This document shows positions 1-15,507 of a stretch of DNA of 64,000 nucleotides, one piece after another. Origin of the DNA: Octopus vulgaris. Taxonomy: Eukaryota. The notes beneath the pieces are model-generated. The model had not been told where the DNA came from. It was given only the letters and a program-made list of their open reading frames with translations, and searched no databases. The translations under genes and the position numbers were made by a program. Position 1 is the stretch's first letter, and each line of letters opens with the position of its first letter. The DNA is taken from NCBI GenBank assembly GCA_951406725.2, contig OX597835.1:45632001-45696000 (forward strand). The letters are read 5' to 3'.

Positions 1-133
1 TATATGATTAAGATCACTCTACCCATTTTGTATCTACCATATCAAGCTTTCCCCTAGATATAGTGGGTTTAGAATTAAAATTTCGAATTTCGTTTCAGAA
101 CAGTAAAATCTGATTTAAAAATAATATTCTAAA

Positions 134-466
134 CAGTGGTACTTAACCGGCGACCATATGGCCCCTGAGAGGCCGTATAAGATTTTGGGGTTTCACGCTA
201 CAAAGTAGTAAGCTGGGAATCCACAATAGTATTTTAAGGGCCCTCGAAATATTTTGTTTTAGATATATGTATTGGTATGTATTGTAAGAAACAGTTAGGT
301 TTCTTTCTCTTAGTTCAAACTCCGCAAGTTAATGTGTAAAAAAAAAGTATTTTAAAAGAAGTTTTTATAAAACTAATCTGTAAACATCGAATGGCTATGG
401 GGTTCCGCCAGAATAAAAGGGTAGTCATAGGGGTTGATAGATAAAAAAAAAAGTTTAGCACCCTTG
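134..466 (+). mobile_element. hAT (Charlie/Tip100-like) non-autonomous MITE, degenerate
   Basis: Begins CAGTGGTACTTAACC and ends GTTTAGCACCCTTG (imperfect TIR of the CAGTGGTTCTTAACC type). Flanks ttctaaa/ttttaaa resemble a decayed TSD. No coding content. Confidence 0.55.
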
Positions 467-1212
467 TTTTAAAACATTGTATCTAGATTGAAAATCTAGT
501 AGAAAAACTTTGGAGAAATTTAGGAAAATTTGGCTTCAATTTCTAGCAGATCTACGGACTACATACAGACCTTTAACTGCATGTATGAAGTAGGATGAAT
601 GTTACACTTGAGAATATTTCTCTAGATACACTCTCCCTGAAAATAATCAGTATAGAAGTTTTTAAAACACCTTTGGTCAGGGACCTACGCTTTCAATCTT
701 AGTAAGGAGTTAATCAAGCACATCCACAGTTGCCATATTCGGAAGTGTAAGCATAGTGAATGCCCTTCTATTGCCCATAACCAATATCTCAATATATTGC
801 TGGCGCGTTGACCTGGTTAGCTAAAAATATCACGTTGTCTTTCCTTCAAAATTATTTCAAGTTTTGCCTCAAGATATGATGTTTTGCTATTATGTCGGTT
901 CTGGAACAACATTCCTCTCTTCATTTATTCTTCAGCATTTACGCACAAAAATAGTACATATTCATCGGCGTAAACTAGGTTCCTTAGTATCTTTATTCTT
1001 CATAAGGATTGTGCATTCAAAAATCATATCTCCCTATATTCACACACCGCATCTCTAACACAAGTTTCACATAATCTGACCTTCACTCTCAGGTAAAAAT
1101 AAATACGTTGCTTGCAGTCATAATGGTTCCATGAGTTTTTTTCCCAACCATTAATTCTCCGACTACTTTGCCATCCCATAATGCAGTTCCCCAGAAAACT
1201 AGGTAATCTTAC

Positions 1213-1343
1213 CGAAAACAAACGCCATTTGAAGAAGATGGAAATACATAAGAATAACACCCGCCTTGCAATTGCTGATTAGGAACAGCCTCTTTAACCT
1301 CTTCCATGGCGGTACCCTGCAGATAATGCACGTTGAATGCGAT
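1213..1343 (-). CDS. Probable internal coding exon of a host gene, encoding the end of a signal-peptide-like N-terminus (..SHSTCIICRVPPWKRLKRLFLISNCKAGVILMYFHLLQMAFVF)
   Basis: Minus strand tttgcag|ATCGC...TTTTCG|gtaaga; 131 nt, open in phase 2->1; non-repetitive and more GC-rich than the flanks; joins in frame to exon 10446-10474. Confidence 0.5.
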
Positions 1344-1881
1344 CTGCAAATATATGTCTATAAATTAATTCCTTATTTAAATTTCACAATGTATTATTCA
1401 AATGTGTCATAATTCGCCATTCATACGATCGTGATTTATCAATACATACACGGCTTGGTGTAGTTTATAAATTTTCCAAAGGTTGTCTGTCGACAATATC
1501 AGACGTGAGGAATAACCTCATAAGTTGTCAACTATTGACCTTCTGTTGTATTCAGTAATGATAAGATTCTAAAATATAACCTGAATATATAAATATTGAA
1601 TAATTTACATTACGTTTATGTATTCATAACATATAAAAGCATACACTCTCTAGCGTTATCTATCATTTTCTTTCGGGAATTTCAACAATATAAATTGATT
1701 TCTCATTCTATCTGTTTGTCTCTCTCTCTCTCTTTTATTCTCTGTTTTCCCCTCTCCCTCCCCCTATCTCTCTCTTTCTCAAACACACGTAGTCTGTATA
1801 AATGTGTATATGTATTTAGCAATTATAGTTACAAGTAGAGGTCAAGTTCTGGAAAAAGCAGAGAAACACCATGTATGTATG

Positions 1882-1913
<32 letters not shown>

Positions 1914-2014
1914 TTTGTATGTATTTATTGATGCATGCATATGTACATATATATATATATGAATGTATATGTATGCATAAGAATGCATATGTACGTATAT
2001 ATGAATGTATATAT

Positions 2015-2065
<51 letters not shown>

Positions 2066-2165
2066 GATATATATGCATATACAGTGAGAGAAAGAGAGAT
2101 ATATTGACAGATTAACATGTTAAATTTACATACATTCACACATATACATACATATATATATATAC

Positions 2166-2251
<86 letters not shown>

Positions 2252-2978
2252 TCTGTTTTAGGTAATAACAGCCAGACTATAAAGCTGTAGAGGAGAGAGA
2301 CTGTCCATGATGTAAAGCAGAAAATTACACGTTATAAATAACCATTTACACTACACAAATACATGTTACAGGTCAGTGCAAAACGTTATCATCTCTCATT
2401 TTTCACATATTCATGTTAATGTAACGTAAAAATATTCAAGATAAAAGGGAACCCATTCGCTCTACAACTTTTCTACGTCTCTTACATAATCGAAGAATGT
2501 TTGATTCAAGTTAACATAAAAATTCCTGAAGCAAAATAAAAGAGAGATTGTTCTTTTTTACTTATTTAAGTGGTCAATATTTGAATATATTCTCTGTTCT
2601 ATTAAATATTTGGTCTTCATACTTGTGGGATATTGTGTTTAGATAAACGTCCCTTCCTGTATTTGTAAATACGTGTTGTGCATTTGAGTGTATTCAGAAA
2701 AAAAGTTACAATAATCATGACCACTACCTGAAAAATATTATGTTGCTTAAATAGATGCCTGCCAGCAATAAAAGGGGTTCAATATTCGAATACATTATTT
2801 ACACGAATATATTATGCGCAGTGCAGCAGTATATAAAATGTTTAGCAATTGCAAACAAATATGCATCTACAACTTAGATTATGTGAGAACATGTAGTCAT
2901 CATGTATATATTTATTTAGCGTGTTATGTATGTAAATATGTCTGTATGTCTGTATGTCTGTATGCATGTATGTATGTA

Positions 2979-3046
<68 letters not shown>

Positions 3047-3060
3047 CACACATACATACA

Positions 3061-3135
<75 letters not shown>

Positions 3136-3139
<4 letters not shown>

Positions 3140-3468
3140 TTATAATAAAGGGTTATTTGCAACAAGTAGCTTAAACCACATACCGAAAATATTAGAAATA
3201 GCAGTCAATGGGCTACTATTACTAATTACTACAAAAATAAGTCTCCACAAACAACAGTATTTGTAACACAAAGACAACGAAATCACACAGTCTACTTGGT
3301 GATTTCGTTGTCTTCCTTCATTTTACCATATACGGGTTACAAATACTGATGCTTGTGGAGACTTATTTTTGTAGTAATTAGTAATAGTAGTCCATTTGAC
3401 TGTTATTTCCAATATTTTCGGTATGTGATTTAAGCAACTTGTTGCAAATAACCCTTTATTATAATTAT
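3136..3468. repeat. Long fold-back inverted repeat (~132 bp arms) with a nested inner hairpin
   Basis: 3136-3267 is the near-perfect reverse complement of 3336-3468. Inner arms aagacaacgaaatcac (3271-3286) / gtgatttcgttgtctt (3299-3314). Flanked by (TA)n. Confidence 0.9.
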
Positions 3469-3657
3469 ATAATTTTTACCGAATATAGTCCTTTCCATAC
3501 CGAAAGGCTACTAGGTGAAATTTATTGATTTTATTAAATTAATTATATTTCACCCTTTATATGTATATATATATATATATATAATATATATACATATATG
3601 TGTGTATGTGCGTATACATACACACATACACACGAACACACACACACACACACACAC

Positions 3658-3701
<44 letters not shown>

Positions 3702-4089
3702 TATCTTATTTTGAGACTAATAGGTGTATAGCAGTTAGTGTGCTGATCAAAGCCCTAGCACAGTTTGGGCTACCTTATGTCATCCGCAGTTTTAGTTGAG
3801 TTAATAATTGATTAAGGAAACAGACGATACACATAGTATTAGTGTTTATTTCATTCGTTGTTATATATTTAAGATACCAAGATATCAAAAATTGACAAAG
3901 TATAATTGAATAATTTTGCTATGGAATGGCAGAACTACATTTTCGTTTTCAGAGAATGCAACGCTTAGGAATTACGACATATACATAAGTATACATATAC
4001 ATATATGTCTGCATATATATATATACACATATATATATATATATGTATATACATGCATACATAGACATTATATTTCAAAGTATTGTATA

Positions 4090-4258
4090 TCAAAATGGCA
4101 GACTTTGTCACACTCTCTGTCACGCTGAATCTCCCTCAGAACTACGGTAAGGGCATTCGTCACTGCGGGGTGCTTAGCCACCTGCACGTGAATTTCACGA
4201 ACAAGCTGTTCCATTGATCCTATCACCCGTGACCCTCGTCGAAGTAACCAACGGAAGT
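4090..4258 (+). mobile_element. 3' part of a retroposon (SINE/LINE tail), degenerate
   Basis: GC-richer island (gctgaatctccctcagaactacggtaagg...gtaaccaacgga) in AT-rich DNA, ending at a (TA)n tract; resembles a cephalopod SINE tail from memory. Confidence 0.45.
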
Positions 4259-4259
4259 T

Positions 4260-4396
<137 letters not shown>

Positions 4397-5418
4397 CATA
4401 TATATATAATAATAAATATCAGGGAATAAATCCAAACTTACAGGGAAAAATCAGATTTAGGATTGAATCCAATTTTATAGTAAAATATTATATTATATTA
4501 AATTAGAGACAAAACCACATTCATAATCTTTAATTAACGTAGGTTTCTCACGCGCAAAGAATTCCTCAGCAATTTATTCTATTTTTTTTTTTTTTTTGCT
4601 AATAACGTAATTCCATGAGTATTCTTTTAAACGCTGTATAAGACGTTTTTTGATTCAAAATATTTGTTCATTGTTTAAAACTCGCCAAGAAAAGTATGTA
4701 TCTTTTTAAGATCTTCAAATTGTTAACTTTTAATATTGTATAAGCCTTTGGAGTAATAATATTCTCCTTATGTAATTATTGTTGTTTATGTAATGATCTA
4801 ATTATCGTAATTTTCTATGTTATTAGATATTAAATAAATTAGATAAACTTTGATAAAATTAGATATGTTTCGACTAAAGATGGTCTACGCCATGTCTAAT
4901 TTAATAGCATAATTTATATTAGATAATTATTCCCATTCATAATTATGTTTATAGTACTTATAGTATTTATTTAATACTATATTACTCAGAATTGAATATT
5001 TCTATAAGTATTTTACATAAGATTTTGAAAGTCAGTTTAAGTTAGTTTATTTGTATTTTGAAATTAGCTATTTCATCTTTAAATATGGAAAATTTATTAG
5101 GTTTTAAATTTATTAGGTTTTCATTATATACAATTATTTATAGAGATTATTTTAGATCTTGATTATAATATTTATATATATTTTCATTGATAATTTATAT
5201 ATATTAGTCATTTTAAATATTTATGGAATTAGATATAGACTAATATTGATATTAGAATATGGGTTTTCTACCTTATAAATTAAAGTTAATATTTAACATT
5301 ATAGTCGATTTCGATATAATCATATTTAATAATAGAGTTTATTATAAGTAAATTATTATTTTAGATTATATATATTATTTATATCTTAAAAATATTGATT
5401 ATATTTTAGATTTTGAAA

Positions 5419-5481
5419 CCACCGGATGAATGACTGCGACTCAAAAATTTGAAGACAGCAGGCAGGAAACGATCGTAGTGG
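5419..5481 (+). ncRNA. Minimal type I hammerhead ribozyme-like motif (degenerate core CGGATGA)
   Basis: ccac-CGGATGA-(ctgc...gcag stem II)-GAAAC-GATC-GTA-gtgg: stem I ccac/gtgg, palindromic stem III ACGATCGT, GUA cleavage triplet at 5475-5477. Confidence 0.55.
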
Positions 5482-5658
5482 GATATTAATTATATTTTTT
5501 AATAATTTTGTTACATATTTAAATAATATAAATTAATCATATGTATTGGCTTAAGTCTTTCATTGTTTGATTTGCCTAATAGTGGTTTTGTCTCTAATTT
5601 AATACATATATATATATATATAGATACAGGCATGCATACATACATACATACATACACA

Positions 5659-6195
5659 CAGGGTGCGATAAGTAAGTTTTCGTGTATGCACATTACTTAT
5701 TTTTGATTTTGTCGACTACACAGCTTACAGGGTCAGTCTCTGAGGAAAATAACACCATGATGCAATTCACTCTGCCACAAATTTGGAAAAGACATGCTGT
5801 GTGGCTTAGAATTCGCGTCAGAAGATCCAAGACCTACATTTCTTAGTGTATGGGTGTCAATCACAGGGTGTCAAACTCCCTAGACTGCAACACTCTTGAA
5901 TATGTGTAGGGTATAGTTGAGCGAAAGACCGACAAAACCCCTTATAACAGGAAAGATAAACTGAAAGCAAGCATTATGGCAGCATTCACCAACTTAAATA
6001 AACAGACTGTCTAGAAGATATTCCTAAGCCGTCTGGAGGCCGAAATTGAAGCCAAATGGCGATTTTTCTGAATAAAATTACTATTTAGTGTTTCAAGATA
6101 TTTTTATGTAATTTTGGTAAATATATCTGTTAAAATGACATAGCAATATTATTTTCATTTTTGCGTAATTTAGACAAAATATTCACTTCACACTG
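5659..6195 (+). mobile_element. Tc1/mariner-superfamily (maT/DD37D-like) transposon remnant, internally deleted
   Basis: Translates to NSLDCNTLEYV*GIVERKTDKTPYNRKDKLKASIMAAFTNLNKQTV...SRLEAEIEA (SPDxNPxDY motif and transposase C-terminus). Ends CAGGGTGCG... / ...CACACTG followed by TA. Confidence 0.8.
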
Positions 6196-6574
6196 TATAT
6201 ATGGATATATATTGTATCTATGAAGATACATAAATATATATATACATCTAACGTAGGATAAAGTTTTTCGAAAAAAAGTTTTATCAATGGCCAGCATATT
6301 AAAAAAATACCTTTAAAAGTTAATTTTATAAATAACTTATAAAATAAGGGCAAGATAAAAATTCTAATGCCAAATATGCCGAAAATATAATTTATGCGTC
6401 CCGAAACAAGCCGATAGAAATTTCTAAAAAATTCCGTTATTACCGTATTGGTCCCAATTTCAGAGTTAATTCATGAAAAATTTCTCCTCCTCAGCAATAA
6501 ATACGTAAGACATAAATGAAATACTCATACTCATGGAAAAATCAAGCACTAAGTCCTGAGCAGACCTAAGTACC

Positions 6575-7216
<642 letters not shown>

Positions 7217-7775
7217 CAAACAGATAGGTAGATTTGAACAATTGTATTTTCCGTTTATATTTCGTATTTCCCCGCTTCATTTGACTTTTGCTATTTCATG
7301 ACCGTCATCTCGAATTCTTGCATTTAATGAAACCAAGGCAACGCTTTTATTACAACCTAACATTTCGAAAGAAAAGAACAAAGTGTAACCAATGAAATAG
7401 CACCAGCTAAAATGGCTGTTAATAAGCTGCTAAACTCTATACAAATACCTGTAACGTAGACAGCGCCCAACGCTATCAACAAGTAAATGCTTTTAAAACG
7501 TACGCCAACTCCATGTCACATCCATTTAATTATAAATGCTGGCAGATTACGGTTTGGTGTAATGCCACTGCAACTGCTGCTGTTGATGCTGCTGTAGCTA
7601 CGTCTGTTGCTGCTGTTGATGCTGCTGTAGCTACTGGTGTTGCTGCTGTTGTCGCTGCCGTATTCTATAAACAAGTATTTAACCCTGTTTCAGTCAATCA
7701 GATGTTTGATTATACTAATTGCGCAAAGATTCTGCGACTAACGTCTTTTATTATTTCAGTTTTATATATATATAC

Positions 7776-7971
<196 letters not shown>

Positions 7972-8038
7972 CACATATATATATATACACATATATATAT
8001 ATATATATATACACATATATATATAAATATATATACAT

Positions 8039-8091
<53 letters not shown>

Positions 8092-8182
8092 GGGGCGTGT
8101 GCGTGCGTGTTTGTGTACCTCTGTGTGTGTGTGTGTTTGTGTATGTCTATTTATATATATGTATATATATATACATACATAA

Positions 8183-8260
<78 letters not shown>

Positions 8261-8801
8261 ATGTATGTATGTATATGTATACGTGTATGTCTATATAGAA
8301 TGTGAGAGATGGCTAGGAAGGAAGAAAGAAACAAAAAGAGTAGAAAAGAGGAAACTATGCAATGAAGGTGCATTAAGGCACACACACATACAAGGACAAA
8401 AATTTATTTAATGAATGCGCAGCTACTCACTACGCACTTATATTGATACAACGTAGGTGAATTGAATATAGTAAGAAGCCAACGAATTGTAACTTCACTT
8501 GGAATGAAGCACGCATACATTATTTTCAAACCACGCACACATCCATCAAGACATACTTACATATTTATACAGAGATCAGAGCGTTGTAGTTCGCTTGAAG
8601 AATCGTAGTATAAAAGGATAAAATGAAGGAATGAGGAAATAGAAAAAAGCGACTAACAATGCAGTTTTACATAAAAAAAAACCTTTATATTTCAGGCGCA
8701 ATCGTGTATAATCAGAAGAAAGCATTCCAAGAAATGAATATTTACATCGGAATCGTTATTACATATATTTATACATTTACACACACACATATATGTATAT
8801 A

Positions 8802-8952
<151 letters not shown>

Positions 8953-9339
8953 TAATAAAAGGAATTCCAACCTTGTCTGATTTTCACGTTTTATTTTCAA
9001 TCTTATAATGATATAAGATAATATAATATAATAAAATAAAATAAAATAATAGAATGTTAAATGTTCATTCTGATTGAACTAGTACTTTCATGCATTAAAT
9101 TCTGCAATCTTCAGGTTCATGTAGTAGTGGTGACAGTCATGCTTCACAATGTTTGACTGTAGCGAGATGATTGAATCTGTGCCTTAAATACAGCTGTGAA
9201 GGCTCCAGATTGCTAGGTTTTGCAAACTGTATTCTGACCAATCAGTGTGTAGTATCACTCAATTACTTAACCTGATTGGTTGGTTGAGCTGATTGGTTTA
9301 GGCGTCACGCTTTGTTGGGCACGTCAAGAGTCCTGTATC

Positions 9340-9392
<53 letters not shown>

Positions 9393-9453
9393 CATCCATA
9401 TATATATATATGTATAAATATATATATATGTATATATATGTATATGTATGTAT

Positions 9454-9509
<56 letters not shown>

Positions 9510-10445
9510 TTACATAGACACATATACACTCACATATGTGTGTGTGTGTCTGTGAGTATCATTATCTTCGTATGTATCTGAGTATGTATGAATGTATACA
9601 TTGGAATATGTGCTACTGGTTACTCTAAAACAAAGGAACATACCTAATCGTAGATCTATTCAATGATGCTTTCCATACTGCTTAAAGCACAACACACCAC
9701 ATCTCGCCTATGCTAATATATACACATACATAAAGACACGCAAACCTCAATACAAACTTATATGAATGATTACATGCCAAAAGTCAAATTGTAGAATCCG
9801 CTTTACAATGTAAAGTTTACCAAGAGACTTATTTAACGTATGTCTCTTGTGAACTCGTTTTGTAACATTTTACATCTTTAATACTATTTTTTCCGTGCGA
9901 AAAACTGCAGCGTCTGGCGTTTAAATAACAGACCAATGTTATGGACGTGACACTGGTGATGTTTACATCGTTAAAAACATTAGGATGACAACCTACTGGA
10001 AACAGAGGAGGAAAAGTCCACATATGTGTATACTTGTGCAGGGGGCAGCACACAGCAGAAATCATAGATATATAAATTTAAAAGGACTGTAGACAGCCAA
10101 GCTGACATACAGTATTGTTTTATTGCCAATCTTATAGCTAAGGATGGAAGCGCTGACTGGCTGGCATAAATCCATATAGTTCCTTTAGTTTAGCAAACAA
10201 TACTCATAACACTTGCATATTCTGTCGTGCCTAAAGTCTCTCAGATCGTTCTGAGTCTGTTGATGTATACGGAAAGAAGAGAATACATGTATATGTTGAA
10301 GAAGCTGTGATAAATATAACTGAAATTCGCTTTTTTGTCCACTCAGTAACAGCTGCTGTCATTAAAACCTCCGGAAATATTCTCGGCCGTCTTAATTGTC
10401 ATTTGAAAATATCACAAAGACTAGAAGGTGAAAAACTCTCCTCAC

Positions 10446-10572
10446 CTGTCATCGATGGTGTGTGGATTATACATTTTCCCATGTGATTTTTTCTGCGTTT
10501 TCTAACACTTTAAATCCTGATATTTATTATGAAGTTAGTAAGTTGTTTTCTGATGGTGTGCTCAAATATTGT
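10446..10572 (-). CDS. Probable host exon containing the start codon (coding part 10446-10474: MYNPHTIDD-R)
   Basis: Minus strand acceptor tatctttttccattcacttag|ACA, ATG in gaaaATGt context at 10474, donor GACAG|gtgagg. Phase 2 matches exon 1213-1343. Confidence 0.45.
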
Positions 10573-11334
10573 CTAAGTGAATGGAAAAAGATAGCGGCGG
10601 AATTGACGGTGATGTGCAGACGTATAAAGAATAGAAGTTATTCAGGAAGTTACCTAATTTGAAGTGTCTGAGAGAACCCCTAACCCCTTCGACAAAAAAT
10701 AAAGCAATAATAAAATGTAAGAGCACAAATTGAACGGCCGTTTCATTTCACCTACTTCACATCAAATTGGTCGAATTTTGTTGCTTTGAAAGCATTTACC
10801 TCTAAATGCAACAATAAATAAGCCTGTGCCTTTTTGTTTTTTTACTACAAAGATGACTTGTCTGCAAATTATATTAAAATAGAGATAAATCAGAAACACC
10901 TGTTTGTTTCCTCTGAGTTGTAGCTTGAATTATTCAACGAAAGTTTATTTAAAAATCAGGCAATAATATCTGTCAGTTATTCAAAGCTGTTGAAATGACA
11001 TGCATTCTGTTCGGAGAAAGAAGGCATCAAAAGCTAAAATGGCATTTTCACATTTCTAAGTAACTCTTGCAAGTATTTCAATCTACATTAGACCCTTTTG
11101 AAGTGATTTACCACCAACATTCTTCCATATTATTTTGCCGGAGAGACGAAGAGCATCAAAAAATTGTACTATGCAAGGTCTTTTCTTCTTTTGTATCGAA
11201 GGATTTCAGGTGGGGTATTTCATTGTCTTCTCAGCTGAGTTTTGCCGGAAACATATTTATGCTGATAAATTGTTTGATATATTCATTCGTGATTCATGTT
11301 CTAACCAGATCGAAAAATAATGCTTGTATGTATC

Positions 11335-11469
11335 TAAGTGTGTGGTTATAAGCTTGGTTCCGGTATCGGCCCCGCTGCTTGGCACATTGGTAAGATGTCT
11401 TTTTCTATACCCTCCAGCCGACCGAATCTTGAGTGGAATCGGTAAACGGAAATTGCAAGTAGCCCGTCG

Positions 11470-11551
<82 letters not shown>

Positions 11552-11790
11552 TGTGTATGTATATACATGTGTGTGTGTATGTATATACATGTATGTGTGT
11601 ATGTATGTATGTATATATATAAAGAAAATAATTGTTTTTTCTTCTTTTTATGAATATGAGCTATATTTTAACATATATACCTATCATTTTAAGGAAATTT
11701 ATTCCTCCAATTTACTAAGTATTGAACCAATATTTCCTTGGATGAAACCAGCCGTTCAAGAGGCTAATACAACCTCTAATGGAATTTAAG

Positions 11791-11827
<37 letters not shown>

Positions 11828-12060
11828 GTAATTATGTATGTATGGAAGTATGTAAGTGTTTCTTTGTGTCTGTGTTCGACCCTTAACCACTGCTTCTTAG
11901 CCGGTGTTGGTGCCTTTAGGTTCCCGTAGGGTAGCAGTTCAGCAACAAGGATCGATAGAAGAAGTACTAGGCTTAAAAAAGGGGATTCTGTTCGACTAAA
12001 ACCCGTCCAGACAGTGCCACAACATGGGCGCAGCCAAATGACTAAAACGAGTAAAAGACC
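11335..12060 (+). mobile_element. tRNA-derived SINE family A, split by an expanded internal microsatellite/insertion
   Basis: 5' half ...ggcacattggtaagatgtctt...aaacggaaattgcaagtagcccgtcg (to ~11470); 3' half ...gatagaagaagtactaggctt...caaatgactaaaacgagtaaaag (~11855-12060); homologous to 28339-28685. Confidence 0.75.
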
Positions 12061-12661
12061 AACGCTAAAAACCAAAGAATATAAACTCAATATATATATA
12101 TAAATTCAATGGGCCCCCCAATGGCTGGTTTGTTCCTATGAAGAGTCCTTCATTATAAATGATGCGAGAGAAATACATAAAAGAAAACGATATCGGTTTT
12201 TTTAATATTAAAAATTTCACCAGAACACGACAACGTTCATTACTCACAGCAATTAAAGAATTTATGGACCAAGTACGATGAATTGTTGTTTATGTTTGTC
12301 AGTATAATCTCTTTGTTAATGTAACTGAATTGATATGTATTAAATGTTTATGTTACTGTTATTTGTTATCGAGTTATCGAGTTATATGGTGGAGAAGTTG
12401 TAGCAGCCGTTCTAGATATTTTTGTTTCTTTTCATTTTATGTATTTTTGTGATTTTGTTGTTCTGTTTTGCGTCAGTCTGCGATTGGAATCCATTTACAA
12501 TCTCATTGTATACAATCACAATAAACTGAAATAAATTGAATTGCGTGTATACACAGGCATAGAATAACGAACACTTATATATGAGGACATATACACATAT
12601 ATATATACATATATATGTATATATATATATATGTGTGTATATATATAAAATATACATATTA

Positions 12662-12692
<31 letters not shown>

Positions 12693-12715
12693 GTATATAT
12701 ATATAATATACATAT

Positions 12716-12757
<42 letters not shown>

Positions 12758-13098
12758 CACACACATAAGGACACAAACATACGCACACACACATATTAAC
12801 GTGGACATGTGTGTACGTCTCTTTAATGTAGCTATATGTATTACATGGACCATACATGTCGCCACATATTAATCTTAGGTAAATATACACATGTATGTGT
12901 CTACAATATTTAAGCGTGCGTGTGTGTGTATGTGTGTGTGTGTGTGTGTGTGCGGATTCCTATGTCTATTCCTGAATGTGTGTATGTAAGCATACAATCA
13001 ATTATCAACGCAATAATCGCTCGTATGTGTGTGTGTGTATGTAGGCTTATTTCAGAAATACGTAGCCCATTAATAAATTAACTATACGTGCAGTAGCC

Positions 13099-13142
<44 letters not shown>

Positions 13143-13197
13143 CATATATATATATATATACACATATATATATATATGCTTATATGTGCAAATATAC

Positions 13198-13233
<36 letters not shown>

Positions 13234-14100
13234 TATACATTGATATAGAGGTATAAATGCACGTCTTTGAATATTCGTCTGTGTGTATATGTATGTATGT
13301 GTCTGTGTATGTGTGCCAACTCATATATTGTGCCACAGACACTTTTAATATATAAGAATTCATTGTTAATAACAATAACTGGCGAAGCTATTGTTATACG
13401 TCGATTTTATTTCAAACACGCGCACACAGACAGGTACGTAGAGGCATACACATACACGGACTCACACACACAAACACACCCACACACAAACACACACACA
13501 CACACACACAATCAAACCCCCGTACACACAGGCACGTACACATAAGTTCTACATGTGGATAAATACACCTACACACACGTGCACAAACACGCAACAATAA
13601 CTAAAGAGAAACAACAATAACATGACGAAGAAGAAATAGAATAGCAGCATTTAATTACACCATCGAGAAAATAGGTAAATACTCTTTAGAATTCGACGAA
13701 ATAAGCAGAATAAAAAAGCAAATATATTTCTATATCAAGTGTTAAAACATCTTTGGATAAAATTGATTAAAAGATATCAATTCAGACTAATGGTCTGCTC
13801 AGAAAAAAGAAAAAAAAATAGACACATACTTAATGACATATTTGTATATACACATATATATATATATATACATATTTACACACACACACTCACACACACT
13901 CGCTCGCACATTATATATATATACATATATAAATGCGTATTTAGTCGTGGTGACAATGTATGTTGAAATGTAAGTATATTTTGTATTGGTATCTGTATGT
14001 GTATATATATCCATACATGCATATATATATAGATATGCAAGTATATACATATATATATATATGTATAGTCATATATTTATATATATGTATATATCTAATC

Positions 14101-14137
<37 letters not shown>

Positions 14138-15209
14138 TACACACACACGCACATTTATATCTCCATACATATACACATAAAAACTCACATATATATATAT
14201 ATGATATATATGTGTGGGGGATGTAGAGAGAGAATGCCTGTTGCCGGTGAATGATGGTTGAGGGAAAAAGAGCCAGCCTCTCCGCCCTCAATAAGGTAAC
14301 GAATATGGTTCAATGTGAATAATCATGGCAATTTTAGATGCCTAGATTTATTAAGAGTTAAGGTATCGATTGAATGACGTCCGTACACGTGTTTTAATCT
14401 GTACACACAGATATACGTATACACATATGCACACAAACAATTATACACACATACATATAGCCATACATATATACATACATATATATATGTATAGAGCACA
14501 TATGTATAGGTAGATATGAATGCATATCATAGATATATTTTTAAGTGTATTGCGAAATCCTTGTTGAATAAAATCATAATTAATTGATCCACCTGTATTT
14601 TCCTTTAACCAAAGCCTGGAACTTTTCAACAGCCCCTAATTCGTATATGAGATAATTTAGTGCTCAACCACTCCTTTAAAAAATCCCAGCACTGGTTTTG
14701 TGTAGAGATACAATGCGGCGCCAAAAAACTGAAATCATGACGCACAATAAAAACGGATTGATTTTGCACCTTGCACATGTTTCTCGCATATAATTTAAAT
14801 GCCTATTTGTTTTTATATTTGTATTTTACTAGTTTCAGTTACTGGACTCCGGCCAGGTGGGAGTACATCCAAGAAGAAATTTTAGCCGAAGGAATCGACC
14901 CCAATACTTATAATTTTCGTCAAGAAAATGACATTCTTACGTTCTCTGTTGTGGAATCCATTCCACAGGTCACCCTCTCCAAAGCTTTCACATGTACGCT
15001 AATTATGAATTATTATCTACAGCCGAAGTATGGCCAGCGAAGTCAGTTGAAAGAAATATCGTGATGTAAGCTCTTGAAAGCAGGAACACGTCTGCCGTTT
15101 GCAAAGCAACCGATGTATGCTTTCTCACACTGGCATACACACAGACACATGTTTGTATATATATATAAATGTATATGGGTGTGTATACTCACACACACAA
15201 ACACACACA

Positions 15210-15315
<106 letters not shown>

Positions 15316-15381
15316 AGAGAGAGAGAGTTGAAATTTTCAGATGAGTGACAACCAATTACATATACATATGTTTATGTATAC

Positions 15382-15507
<126 letters not shown>

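Noticed and set aside
1294-1343. Alternative frame DRIQRALSAGYRHGRG* resembling an amidated neuropeptide end
   Set aside because: With the upstream exon it gives only a ~28-aa ORF with no signal peptide; the other frame fits the splice donor at 1213 better.
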